Below are positions 10,196 to 20,406 of a stretch of DNA of 64,000 nucleotides, piece by piece. Made by a program: the position numbers and the translations under genes. Origin of the DNA: an uncultured bacterium. GTDB taxonomy: Bacteria; Zhuqueibacterota; QNDG01; DTFT01. Each line of letters begins with the position of its first letter. Position 1 is the first letter of the stretch. The DNA lies in assembly GCA_963736115.1 (NCBI GenBank), contig CAVTNR010000002.1:1-64000 (forward strand), written 5' to 3'. Below the pieces are notes generated by a model. That model had not been told where the DNA came from, made no database searches, and saw only the letters and a program-made list of their open reading frames with translations.

Positions 10196-10702
10196 TTAGG
10201 CGCCCTTGGCCTTCTGCACCACTCGTTCGTCCGCCTCGTTGAAGGGCGCGAGGCTGAAGCGGGTGATGCCGGCGATGTTTATTTCATCCATGATATTGAC
10301 CATCATCTCGTACTTCCCTTCGCGGTGCACCTTGAGCAGGCAAATGAGGCCCGGCTCGGCAGCCAGGGTCTGCGTGAGGAAACCCTGAAGCTCGTTGAAC
10401 GTCAGCATCTTTGGGGTTTCGAAGCCCTTGTTGTAGAAGATGGTGCCGTCCGGGATGACGCGCAGGGTCAGCAGCTTCGTTTCGGCCACCTCCACCTTGG
10501 TGTCGTTCTCGGGCGGAACGTTGATCTCCATGGTCTGCGGTGTCGAGAACACCGTCGTGAGCATAAAAAACGTCAGCAGCAGCATGATCACGTCCACCAT
10601 GGGCGTCATGTCGATGCGGACACTGATCCGCTTCTTGCTTTTGTGCTTTTTGGCGCCTTTTCCGTGGGATTTCCCACCGCCGCCTAAATCTACGCCTGCC
10701 AT
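10196..10702 (-). CDS. exbD: Biopolymer transporter ExbD
   Basis: IDMTPMVDVIMLLLTFFM motif. Confidence 0.93.
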   Translation of the reverse strand: MAGVDLGGGGKSHGKGAKKHKSKKRISVRIDMTPMVDVIMLLLTFFMLTTVFSTPQTMEINVPPENDTKVEVAETKLLTLRVIPDGTIFYNKGFETPKMLTFNELQGFLTQTLAAEPGLICLLKVHREGKYEMMVNIMDEINIAGITRFSLAPFNEADERVVQKAKGA

Positions 10703-10714
10703 GGTAGCTCTCCT

Positions 10715-11203
10715 TTACCCTCTTTCCATTTCGGTGACCAGGGCGAAACGCGTGATCATCACCTTCTGGAGGGTGTCCATCACGTCCTGGAAATGGCCGT
10801 ACGGCGTTTCCTTGTCGCCTTTGACCACAGTCCGCAGTTTCGGATTCTGAACCCGGGCACGGATCATGATGTCCGCCAGGTTGTTCTGATCCCGCATCTC
10901 AAGCCCTTCTTCGAGCTGCTTGAAGCCGGCTTTCTCGGCTTCGTCGGTGGACGTCCGGGTGAGTAGCATCCGGGTCCGGTCGTCGGTCTTGAGAAAGATC
11001 TTCCCGTCCTTGCCGACCATCACCGTCATCACGTCGCTCTCCGGCAGTTTGAATTCGGAGTTGGACGTCGGAATGTCGATTTCGGCCGCTTCCGGCGGGC
11101 GGAACTGCGTGGTCATCATGAAGAAGGTCAAGAGGAGCATGATCACGTCCACCATGGGCGTCATGTCGATATGGACGCTGACTCGACCCTTTTTTCTGTG
11201 CAT
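10715..11203 (-). CDS. exbD: Biopolymer transporter ExbD (second copy)
   Basis: IDMTPMVDVIMLLLTFFM motif; KGDKETPY. Confidence 0.93.
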   Translation of the reverse strand: MHRKKGRVSVHIDMTPMVDVIMLLLTFFMMTTQFRPPEAAEIDIPTSNSEFKLPESDVMTVMVGKDGKIFLKTDDRTRMLLTRTSTDEAEKAGFKQLEEGLEMRDQNNLADIMIRARVQNPKLRTVVKGDKETPYGHFQDVMDTLQKVMITRFALVTEMERG

Positions 11204-11230
11204 GATCGTTGCTCTCCGTTTTGGTTGTGA

Positions 11231-11956
11231 TTACTTGCCCTGCTTCTCAGCCAGGGTCTGGACAATGGAGTAGCTCGCCTCGTCGATCATGTAGGTGAAG
11301 TTGTCGATGCGGGTGGTGAAGTAGTTGTACGCCACAATGCCGAAAATGGCGCAGATCAGACCGCCGGCGGTGTTGATGAGGGCTTCGGAAATACCGAGCG
11401 CCAGGGCCATGGCGTCCGTCTTGCCGGCGTGCGACAGGGCGGTGAAGGATTTGATCATGCCAAGCACCGTTCCGGTCAGACCGACAAGCACGGAGATGGA
11501 GGCGATGGTCGAGATGGCGACGAGGTTCTTCTCGAGCAGCGGCACTTCAAGCATCATGGCTTCCTCGATGGCATGCTGAATTTCAGACTGGGTCTCCTTG
11601 GGGTTCTTGGCCAGGCCCGAGGCTTTCAGGATGCGGTACTTCTCGAAACCGGCGCGCAGGATGTTGGCGCACGAACCGCGCTGGGCGTCGCAAGCCTTGA
11701 TGGCGTCGTCGATCTTCTCGTTTTTGGTGGCCTCATGGACCTTCTTCAAAAAGGCGACCAGGGAACCCCTGCCGTTGGCCTTCTTCAGGGTGAACAGGCG
11801 TTCGATGATGAAGGTGAAAAGCATCAGGGAAAGCGCGATCAGCACCACCACCATGGGGCCGCCCATCCGGATATACTCGGGCAGGAATCCGAAGATAATC
11901 CGAGCGACGATCAAAGCAGCGACCAAAACGATTCCGATGAACATCCCCTGTCTCAT
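11231..11956 (-). CDS. exbB: MotA/TolQ/ExbB proton channel protein
   Basis: GLTGTVLGMIKSF and GISEALINTAGG motifs. Confidence 0.93.
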   Translation of the reverse strand: MRQGMFIGIVLVAALIVARIIFGFLPEYIRMGGPMVVVLIALSLMLFTFIIERLFTLKKANGRGSLVAFLKKVHEATKNEKIDDAIKACDAQRGSCANILRAGFEKYRILKASGLAKNPKETQSEIQHAIEEAMMLEVPLLEKNLVAISTIASISVLVGLTGTVLGMIKSFTALSHAGKTDAMALALGISEALINTAGGLICAIFGIVAYNYFTTRIDNFTYMIDEASYSIVQTLAEKQGK

Positions 11957-12013
11957 TGCTCTGCTCCTTTTAATTGAGTGAAGTTGAACTCAGCCGTTCC
12001 GACGCGGGTCGCC

Positions 12014-12367
12014 TTATTGGCCGGCCTGAAAATTCCGGATGGCTTCTTCCCGCGTCTCCTCGATGTCGAAAATGGTGACGAGCTTGGTGATGACGAACGT
12101 GTTCTGGATGCTCTTGCCCATGTGGCAGAGTTTGATGCGGCCGCTGTCCTTGGCATACATGGTGTAGAGGCTGACCAGCGTGCCGATGCCCATGCTGTTG
12201 AGATAGGTGACGCCGCCGAGGTCGAGCACCAGTTTGCGGTTGCCCTGCTCGAACAGATCCCCGACCGCAGCGCGGAGTTCCTCGGTTTCATTGCCGCCGA
12301 GAAAAGAGCCCCTGAGTTCGAGAACCGCGATATCCAGATTGTCCAGGGTCATGGCTTTAACAGCCAA
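12014..12367 (-). CDS. STAS-domain anti-sigma-factor antagonist
   Basis: LVLDLGGVTYLNSMGIG motif with phosphorylatable Ser; TTG start after AAGGAGG. Confidence 0.88.
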   Translation of the reverse strand: MAVKAMTLDNLDIAVLELRGSFLGGNETEELRAAVGDLFEQGNRKLVLDLGGVTYLNSMGIGTLVSLYTMYAKDSGRIKLCHMGKSIQNTFVITKLVTIFDIEETREEAIRNFQAGQ

Positions 12368-12429
12368 GAAGAACCTCCTTCCGTGAAAGTATCTTTCTAT
12401 ATAAAGAGGCTTAGTTTCATAATTATGTA

Positions 12430-12445
12430 TTCAAATCGTATGCCA
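12430..12445 (-). promoter_or_regulatory. Putative sigma54 -24/-12 promoter of the STAS-exbB-exbD-exbD-tonB operon
   Basis: TGGCATACGATTTGAA on minus strand; canonical GG-N10-G spacing with a GA variant at -12. Confidence 0.6.
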
Positions 12446-12523
12446 TGACCGGAGAGAAACCCATATAACATTAATTATCAAGTGTTTATGCTGGAGATAG
12501 ATGTTTACTGATCTGTAAATTGC

Positions 12524-12538
12524 GTTGCATTATCCAAC
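12524..12538. promoter_or_regulatory. Putative enhancer-binding-protein site GTTG-N7-CAAC
   Basis: GTTGCATTATCCAAC, 79 bp upstream of the -24 element; equivalent site at 13659. Confidence 0.45.
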
Positions 12539-12737
12539 TGATGGATTTCGAAACGCGTCCATTAGCAAGCTTATTGAAATGATTTTTATAAAAATATGTC
12601 GTGTCGTATTTTTCACCGAAACATGAAGAAAATCCAAACAACTTTTAAGCTTCAATTAATAAACGATTTATCAGCAGGATCCGGTTTCATTTACACCACA
12701 GTCATTTTGATCATCCATCAAAAACCCCACAGGATTG

Positions 12738-12771
12738 AGCCCTGTTCGGTTCGACCGGACAGGGCTTTTTT
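12738..12771. terminator. Terminator-like hairpin after the second tonB
   Basis: AGCCCTG/CAGGGCT stem with T-tract. Confidence 0.5.
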
Positions 12772-12784
12772 CCTGCCAGGGATG

Positions 12785-13507
12785 CTATCTGAGCGCGAAA
12801 TGAAACGGCATCGACATCCACACAGCAACGGGTCCCGCATTCATCATGGCCGGCGTGAACACCCATTGTCTCGCGGCTTCGATCACAGCCTGATCAAAAA
12901 TCGGATTATCGCTCTTGAGCAAAACCACCTGCCGCACTTTACCGGCTTTGTCGATCCACAACTTGACGTAAACCGTACCCTCCAGCCCGGCGAGACGGGC
13001 GACTTCCGGATAAGTCGGATTCACCCGGTGTATGCATACCGGATCCCTTTCCACGGGCGTAAAATCCTTCGGAGGAGCCTCGATTTGCAGGTCCGGCGGG
13101 ATCCGGTAAACGATGCCGTCTCCGTCCCCAATTCCGGCCGCAAGTCCGTCCTCCATGCCCATTTCGGCCTGCGTCGGAACCGTGCTCTCCGGATCGGCCA
13201 CTACATCGGGCACCGGCACCGGAGTCCCGTTCGAAGGCCTGATGCGCGTCCTCTGCGGGATGAGATCCCAAAGCGGCTGGACATCCGTGTTCACCGGAGG
13301 CGCCGGAGGCAGGTCGACAATAATTTTGACGTTGTCGTCGAGAACTTCCGGAGCGGCAACGAAGTGCCGCCAGGCGTGATAGCCCGCCAGGAGGGTGAAC
13401 TCGAAAAGGATGGCCGTCAGAAGCGCCCGGAGAATGAACCGCTGCTGAACTTCAAGGAGCTCGACAGCCCCGTACCTGGGAAGGCCCGGCATCATTGCGG
13501 TATTCAT
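12785..13507 (-). CDS. tonB: Energy transducer TonB, paralog
   Basis: Shares MPGLP(K/R)YG, PVPVPD and YPEVARLAGLEGTV...FTPAMM with the gene at 9464-10177. Confidence 0.9.
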   Translation of the reverse strand: MNTAMMPGLPRYGAVELLEVQQRFILRALLTAILFEFTLLAGYHAWRHFVAAPEVLDDNVKIIVDLPPAPPVNTDVQPLWDLIPQRTRIRPSNGTPVPVPDVVADPESTVPTQAEMGMEDGLAAGIGDGDGIVYRIPPDLQIEAPPKDFTPVERDPVCIHRVNPTYPEVARLAGLEGTVYVKLWIDKAGKVRQVVLLKSDNPIFDQAVIEAARQWVFTPAMMNAGPVAVWMSMPFHFALR

Positions 13508-13565
13508 GACTGCCTCCTTTCCAAATGGTCAATGGATAGTGGATCAATCGTCCATATGGACAACC

Positions 13566-13581
13566 TTCAATAAACATGCCG
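13566..13581 (-). promoter_or_regulatory. Putative sigma54 promoter of the tonB paralog
   Basis: CGGCATGTTTATTGAA on minus strand, about 60 bp upstream of ATG. Confidence 0.55.
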
Positions 13582-13658
13582 TGAAAGGACGGCTTGCGTA
13601 ATCGATTATGAATGATGGGATTGGATTGGGACCAAGAAGCCAGAAGGGGATTCGGCTG

Positions 13659-13673
13659 GTTGGATTCTACAAC
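13659..13673. promoter_or_regulatory. Putative enhancer site GTTG-N7-CAAC
   Basis: GTTGGATTCTACAAC, 78 bp upstream of the -24 element. Confidence 0.45.
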
Positions 13674-13773
13674 AATAATATTCGTAAAAACCGGACGATT
13701 GTTCGTTGTGATTTGATTTTCAAGAAATAACAGGCGTTGCCGATTGCATCATGGATTTGCGGTTATTTATACG

Positions 13774-13900
13774 ATGTGCGACACACCTTTAGGCGTGTCG
13801 CATGTTTAAAACCTCCCGGAGGCTTCAAGCCTCCGGGAGGTTTTGATTCCCGCCTCTTAACCGGAACCTCCCGCGGGTTGTTGAAAACCCGCGGGAGGTT
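13774..13900. repeat. Cluster of three REP-like palindromes
   Basis: TGCGACAC..GTGTCGCA; AAAACCTCCCGGAGGC-TTCAA-GCCTCCGGGAGGTTTT; AACCTCCCGCGGGTT..AACCCGCGGGAGGTT. Confidence 0.7.
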
Positions 13901-13930
13901 GTCATCCTGTTACCCGCAATCTGTATCAAC

Positions 13931-14180
13931 GAATCTGTCAGCGAGCGTATTCCCCGCGGCTTGCCTTCAACCAGAAGGCATAGAATCGATTGGTCCCGCG
14001 AAGCGGGGCCGCGGGGTAAGCGAGCGAATATCAGATGACTCTTCTCTACAGATAGAAGATTCGCAGCAAAGCGGCACCAAGTTATTTGATTTGTTCACTA
14101 TTGAAGGCCCGCCGCTTGTCTTCAACAAGAAGACATATAATAGCTTGATCCCGCGTAGCGGGCGGCGGGGAGCTTCAATC
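13931..14180 (-). mobile_element. GATT-flanked two-hairpin MITE, copy A, carrying three 44-45-bp micro-element insertions
   Basis: Aligns with 28938-29098 and 48390-48597 (GATTGAAGC...AATCTTC...TCGCTCGC...GGGGAAT...CAGATTC). Confidence 0.8.
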
Positions 14181-14225
14181 ACCCTATTCATCCAACCTTA
14201 TCCGCGCCGGAGGTCCGTGCGCCGT

Positions 14226-14268
14226 CCTTCACTAAAAAAATATAATTGATTGGTCCCGCTTTGCGGGG
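14226..14268 (-). repeat. Solo 43-bp micro-element inserted in a CACGGA-type repeat
   Basis: Minus strand reads CCCCGCAAAGCGGGACCAA-TCAATTATATTTTTTTAG-TGAAGG; removal restores GCCTACGGC. Confidence 0.65.
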
Positions 14269-14313
14269 AGGCGTCCGTGTTCCATCTTTTCCATTGAACC
14301 GGGACGAAACAAA

Positions 14314-15629
<1,316 letters not shown>

Positions 15630-15633
<4 letters not shown>

Positions 15634-17489
15634 GCGTCCGCATCCCCTTCCGCCGTGAGCGGAACCGTGAAGAAGAACGTGCTGCCTTTTCCTTTCCCGC
15701 TGACAACCCAGATCCGTCCGCCGTGGGCTTCAACTACCTCCTTCGCAATGGCCAGTCCCAGGCCGACACTGCCGGGCGTGGATTCGGCCGGGGACTTGAT
15801 CTGAACGAATTTGTCGAAAATCGTAATGAGTTCCGACTCCGGGATACCCCGTCCCGTGTCCGTCACAGAAACCCGGATGGCGTTCCGCCCGCCCTCGCTT
15901 TCCGCGGCGACCGTGATGGACCCGCCCCGGGGCGTGTAGCGCACCGCATTGCCGACCAGGTTGGCGAAAACCCACGCCATCTGCGCCGGATCGATCCAGA
16001 CCTCCGGCAGATCCTCCGGGAATTCCAGCGTCGCACGGATCTGTTTCTCCCGGAGCACCAGATCGAGCGAATGGACCGTTTCCTCGGCCACGGCCCTGAG
16101 CCGCATCCTCTCCTTCTTCGGCCTCTGCCGGCCGGACTCCAGCCGGGACAGGTCGAGCAGGTCCCTGACGAGTTTGCTCAACCGGCTGGCGTCGGCCTTG
16201 GCCGAGGCGAGAAGATCCTTCTGTTTTTCATTGATCGCGCCCACGACCTCCTTCGCGAGAATGTCGACGCTCATGTGGATGGAGGTGAGCGGTGTGCGGA
16301 ACTCGTGCGACACCGTGGCGATGAAATCCGATTTCATGCGGTCGAGCTTCTGGTAGGCGGTGACGTCCTGAAAAAGCGTCACGAAGTAGCGGACCCGGCC
16401 CTTGTCCTCCGCCGCGGTCGTCCGGTGCGGCCGGAAATACCGCGTTTCTCCGGCCGTCTGAATGGGAATCCAGAAACCGGCCGCTTCCGCGTCAACAGAC
16501 GGAGAAGGATCCCCGGAGAACAGCCCCCGGAGCTTTTCATCGAGGACCACGGAATCGACCGTCTTTCCCTGCCATCCCGTTTCCGGGATGCCGAGCAGGC
16601 GGACCGCGGCCCGGTTCATCAGCACCAGGGCGCGCCGGTCATCGGTGACCACCACCGGCTCGTCCAGGCTTTCCACGACCGCCTCGGTCTTGGTCTTCTC
16701 GGCGATGATCTGCTGGATGTTGAGCCGCTCGTACGACCGGAGCCGCTCGGTCATTTTATTGAATTCCGAGTACAATTCGGAGAGCTCTCCGCCCGCGTTG
16801 ATGTCGATTTTCTGGGCCAGGTTCCCCGAACGGATGAGCCGCAGGGTCTGTCGCAGACGCTGGGTGGGCCGGATGACCTCCCGCCGGAGCTGGATGTTCA
16901 GTCCGATGATCAGAACGGCCGCGAGCGCGGCGGCGCTCAATACGGCGAGGAGCGCGCCCGTGTTGGCGGTTTTGCGGATACGAAGGTTGGTCTCGTCGAT
17001 GCGGGTCTGGTTGTAATCGAGCAGTCGCAGGCAGTGGCCGCGCAGCTGCTCCTGCGCGGAAAGCATGTTCAGAAAGGCCGTGTTCCGGCCCCGGGAACGG
17101 GCCGCGGCCTCCTGCAGAAAACTTTCGGAGAGGGACAGGTACATCTTGTACACGTCCATCAGGGTATCGAGAATGCCGCATTCCCGCGGCATGGCGCACT
17201 GCTGCTGCGCCTGCTCGGCATTGGCGAGGAACTGGTCCCGGCAGAGCATGAAGCTCTCGACCACCCGCTCGTCGTATTGACTGATCAGCAGGACCTGGGC
17301 CGATTCCTGTTCGCTGATGGATTTCAGCATGTTGCTCGAGGCCTTGACATTCGCGCTGTTGTGCGCCAGAAGCGTCTTCACCGTTCTGCCGAGCCGGATG
17401 TAATCGAATGTCGCGTAAAGGGAAAGGCCTATGATGACCGCCAGGAGGGCGAAGTATCCGGAGCTGAAAGTGTACAGCCGGCTTTTCAT
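15630..17489 (-). CDS. Sensor histidine kinase (4HB sensor-HAMP-PAS-HisKA-HATPase, KinB-like)
   Basis: [23 protein letters not shown] and GLGLAI motifs; ATGA-type overlap with the regulator. Confidence 0.93.
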
Positions 17490-17539
17490 GGGAGGTCTTC
17501 CGTCTGTCTCAGCCGCGAAACGAGAGGCATGGTTCCGGA

Positions 17540-18154
17540 TTACAGGAAAAAGTAAAGGGCAACGGCGATGTCCGGACCACTGAAGTCCGACAGACCGCCG
17601 ACCGCTTCCCGGGGCCGCATCAGACGGTACTGGAACGTCATGCCGGTTCCGATGCGGCGGGACAGGGCCAGGTCGAATCCCGCGCCCAGATTCGCCCCCC
17701 AGGACGGCCGGGCGGAGCCCAGGCCGGAGCCGAAGAGCCGGGATTCGTTTTCCGTCCCCCAGTAGACGCTGACGCCGTACAGAACGTACGCGGACAGGCG
17801 GAAGTCCGGAACCAGCCAGTATTTGAAATCAGCCGAGACCGTATGAAAACTCACCGGCTGCAGCAGGTCCTTGTCCTCGTCCGGATCCCGGAGCGACCAG
17901 AACCCGCCGACGAGCCGGAATCCGATCTCTTTTCCCAGAGGGAAAGAAAAGCCCGCGGCCAGCCGGGGCGTTGCCCCGCATTCTCCGAAGGAGGACAGCC
18001 GCAATTCTTCGTTCAGGCTCTGCGGCTGCCAATTCCCCGTCTCGAGCACGACGGAGATTTTACGGGAGGGACTCGGAGACTGGGCCGCGGCCGTCGGCCA
18101 GAACATCAGGAAACAGAGTGAGGCGGCAAGCGCCGCCCGGAAGCGGGATTTCAT
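17540..18154 (-). CDS. Small outer-membrane beta-barrel protein
   Basis: Signal peptide, amphipathic beta strands, GANLGAGFD, aromatic C-terminus. Confidence 0.7.
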   Translation of the reverse strand: MKSRFRAALAASLCFLMFWPTAAAQSPSPSRKISVVLETGNWQPQSLNEELRLSSFGECGATPRLAAGFSFPLGKEIGFRLVGGFWSLRDPDEDKDLLQPVSFHTVSADFKYWLVPDFRLSAYVLYGVSVYWGTENESRLFGSGLGSARPSWGANLGAGFDLALSRRIGTGMTFQYRLMRPREAVGGLSDFSGPDIAVALYFFL

Positions 18155-18158
18155 GAAA

Positions 18159-18485
18159 TCAGGCGCCTGTTCCCTTGGGCTGGACCGGCGACTGGAAACC
18201 GAAAGATTTACCGGAATCCGCGCCGGCAAGCTTGATTTCACCGAACTGTTTTTCATATTTTTCGATGTTCTCAGCCAGCGCCCGGCCGAGCGATTTGGCG
18301 TGCTGGGGGGCCATGATGATGCGGCAATAGACCTTGGCTTTCGGCACGCCCGGAAGCATGCGCGTGAAATCCAGAACGAATTCGGCCGGAGAGTGGCTGA
18401 TCACCACGAAATTGGAATAGATGCCCTCCGCTTCCTTTTCGCCGAGTTCTATATTAATCTGCTGGGGCTGACCCATCTGGTTCAT
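18159..18485 (-). CDS. DUF3467-family protein
   Basis: AEGIYSNFVVISHSPAEFVLDF...PQHAK signature. Confidence 0.85.
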   Translation of the reverse strand: MNQMGQPQQINIELGEKEAEGIYSNFVVISHSPAEFVLDFTRMLPGVPKAKVYCRIIMAPQHAKSLGRALAENIEKYEKQFGEIKLAGADSGKSFGFQSPVQPKGTGA

Positions 18486-18574
18486 GACCGCTCCTTTTGG
18501 GGGAAAATGCGTTTAATTGCTCTTTTCTATTATAAACAATCGGGGAGTGAATGTCAAGTCCCGCGTGTTAAAAA

Positions 18575-18752
18575 GGTTCCGGGTTCCAAGTTCCGGGTTC
18601 CGAGTCGAAAAAACCGGTCATTTCGAGTGTTTGCGACCGATAATTCGCGGAATGGAACGATGTTCAGACTTCCTCGAAATGCAGAACAAGCTTTCAGTGA
18701 TTCCTGCTCGCAGTCTTTCCAACCCGGAACTCGGAACCCGGAACCCGGAACT
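18575..18752. repeat. Inverted heptamer-array element, (GTTCCGG)n...(CCGGAAC)n
   Basis: Four imperfect 7-mers at each end in opposite orientation. Confidence 0.75.
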
Positions 18753-18797
18753 TCTCCTGTTGCATTTCCTCCCAAACATCCGTAGATTGATTCCATC

Positions 18798-20243
18798 ATG
18801 TCAGAGCCCAGAAAAAAATTCGAAATTATCGAGCTGGAAATCGCTGATCTCGCCTTCGGCGGACGGGGAATCGCCAGACAGGACAATTACGTCTGGTTCG
18901 TGGACGGGGGCATTCCGGGCCAAAAAGTCCGCGCCCGCACATACCGCATCGCCAAACAGTACGGCGAGGCGCGCGTCGTCGAGACGCTTTCCCCCTCGCC
19001 CGACCAGGTGGACCCGGTCTGTCCGCATTTCGGCGTCTGCGGCGGATGCCAGCTCCAGCACCTGCGCTATGAAGCACAGATCGCCGCCAAAACCAGGCAG
19101 GTGCGGGACCTGCTCCAGCGGATCGGCGGTTTTCCGGAACCCGACGTACGGCCGACCCTGCCTTCCGCTTCAGTCACGGGTTACCGGAATAAAATGGAAT
19201 TCACGTTTTCCGATCTCTCTTGGAAGCCCGCCCCCCCCGCTTCGGACGGGGATGCTCCCAGCGCCGCCGGAACTGAGCCCGGGTGGGCTCTCGGACTGCA
19301 TGTGCCGGGCCGTTTCGACAAGGTTCTGAACATCGAATCCTGCCCCCTGCAGTCCGATCGTGCCAATGCCGTTCTGGGGTCCGTCCACGGTCTGGTGGCC
19401 GCATCAGGACTTCCCGGCTACGGCGCACGCAGTCACAGAGGCGTCTGGCGTTTTCTCGTCCTGCGCGAGGGCAAGGCGACGGGCGATCTGATGGCGCATC
19501 TCATCACGTCCGGCCAGAATTTCCAGGAAACCCGGGCCGTGGTCGACCGGATGGCCGCCGAACTGGTTCGTCGCCATCCCTTCGTCACCACGTTCACGCA
19601 TTCGGTGACCGACCGCCTGTCCCAGGTGGCGGCGGGCGAGTCTGAACGCGTACTGCACGGCGACGGCCGCATACGGGATAAACTGGGAGACCGTGTCTTC
19701 GAAATCTCCCCCGGCTCATTTTTTCAGACACACACGGCGCAGGCGGTCCGGTTGTTCGAGACCGTCGCCGAGCTGGCCGGATGGAAGGGGAACGAGCGGG
19801 TGTACGATCTGTACTGCGGTACGGGCGCGATCGGCATCTGCCTGGCGGACAAGGTCGGGGAGGTGGTCGGCATCGAATCGGTCGAGCCCGCGGTGCGGAA
19901 TGCCGTGCGGAACGCGGAATTGAACGGCCTGACGAACATCTCCTTTGTCCTGGGGGACCTTAAGGATGCGCTCCGCGACAAGGGCTTCAGGGAACGGTTC
20001 GGCCCTCCGGATTCCGCGGTCGTGGACCCGCCGCGGGCAGGCATGCATCCGGACGCGCTGGAGGATCTGATCCGCCTGGCCCCGGCATCCATCGTGTACG
20101 TTTCCTGCAATCCGCCCATTCTCAGCCGCGACGCGAAAACGCTGTGTTCGCGGGGTTACGTCCTGGGCCCGGTTCAGCCCGTGGATCTTTTTCCGCACAC
20201 GGGGCACGTCGAAGTCGTTGCGGTATTCAGGAAAAGTTCATAG
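18798..20243 (+). CDS. rlmD: 23S rRNA (uracil-C5)-methyltransferase RlmD/RumA
   Basis: TRAM domain, CPHFGVCGGC Fe-S motif, SFFQ, DLYCGTG, DPPRAG, YVSCNP, DLFPHTGHVE. Confidence 0.93.
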   Translation: MSEPRKKFEIIELEIADLAFGGRGIARQDNYVWFVDGGIPGQKVRARTYRIAKQYGEARVVETLSPSPDQVDPVCPHFGVCGGCQLQHLRYEAQIAAKTRQVRDLLQRIGGFPEPDVRPTLPSASVTGYRNKMEFTFSDLSWKPAPPASDGDAPSAAGTEPGWALGLHVPGRFDKVLNIESCPLQSDRANAVLGSVHGLVAASGLPGYGARSHRGVWRFLVLREGKATGDLMAHLITSGQNFQETRAVVDRMAAELVRRHPFVTTFTHSVTDRLSQVAAGESERVLHGDGRIRDKLGDRVFEISPGSFFQTHTAQAVRLFETVAELAGWKGNERVYDLYCGTGAIGICLADKVGEVVGIESVEPAVRNAVRNAELNGLTNISFVLGDLKDALRDKGFRERFGPPDSAVVDPPRAGMHPDALEDLIRLAPASIVYVSCNPPILSRDAKTLCSRGYVLGPVQPVDLFPHTGHVEVVAVFRKSS

Positions 20244-20296
20244 TTCATGGTTAAAAAAGGTTCCGAGGTTGGGTTCCGGGTTCCGGGTTCCGGGTT
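20237..20296. repeat. Heptamer arrays GTTCATA/GTTCCGG overlapping the rlmD stop codon
   Basis: GTTCATAGTTCATGG then GGTTCCGGGTTCCGGGTTCCGGG. Confidence 0.65.
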
Positions 20297-20406
20297 GAAG
20301 CCCGCAATCGCAATGTTTCACGAAATTCGTCTCAATGATTAATACTATTCACCAATCTTGATCCGTGCCGATCCGTGTTCCATTTCTTTTTCCCGGATAC
20401 CGGACA

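Noticed and set aside
13931-14268. CRISPR or other guide-array interpretation of the micro-element cluster
   Set aside because: Units are in mixed orientation, nested in a MITE rather than tandem, and no cas, Nop-domain or reverse transcriptase gene is present.
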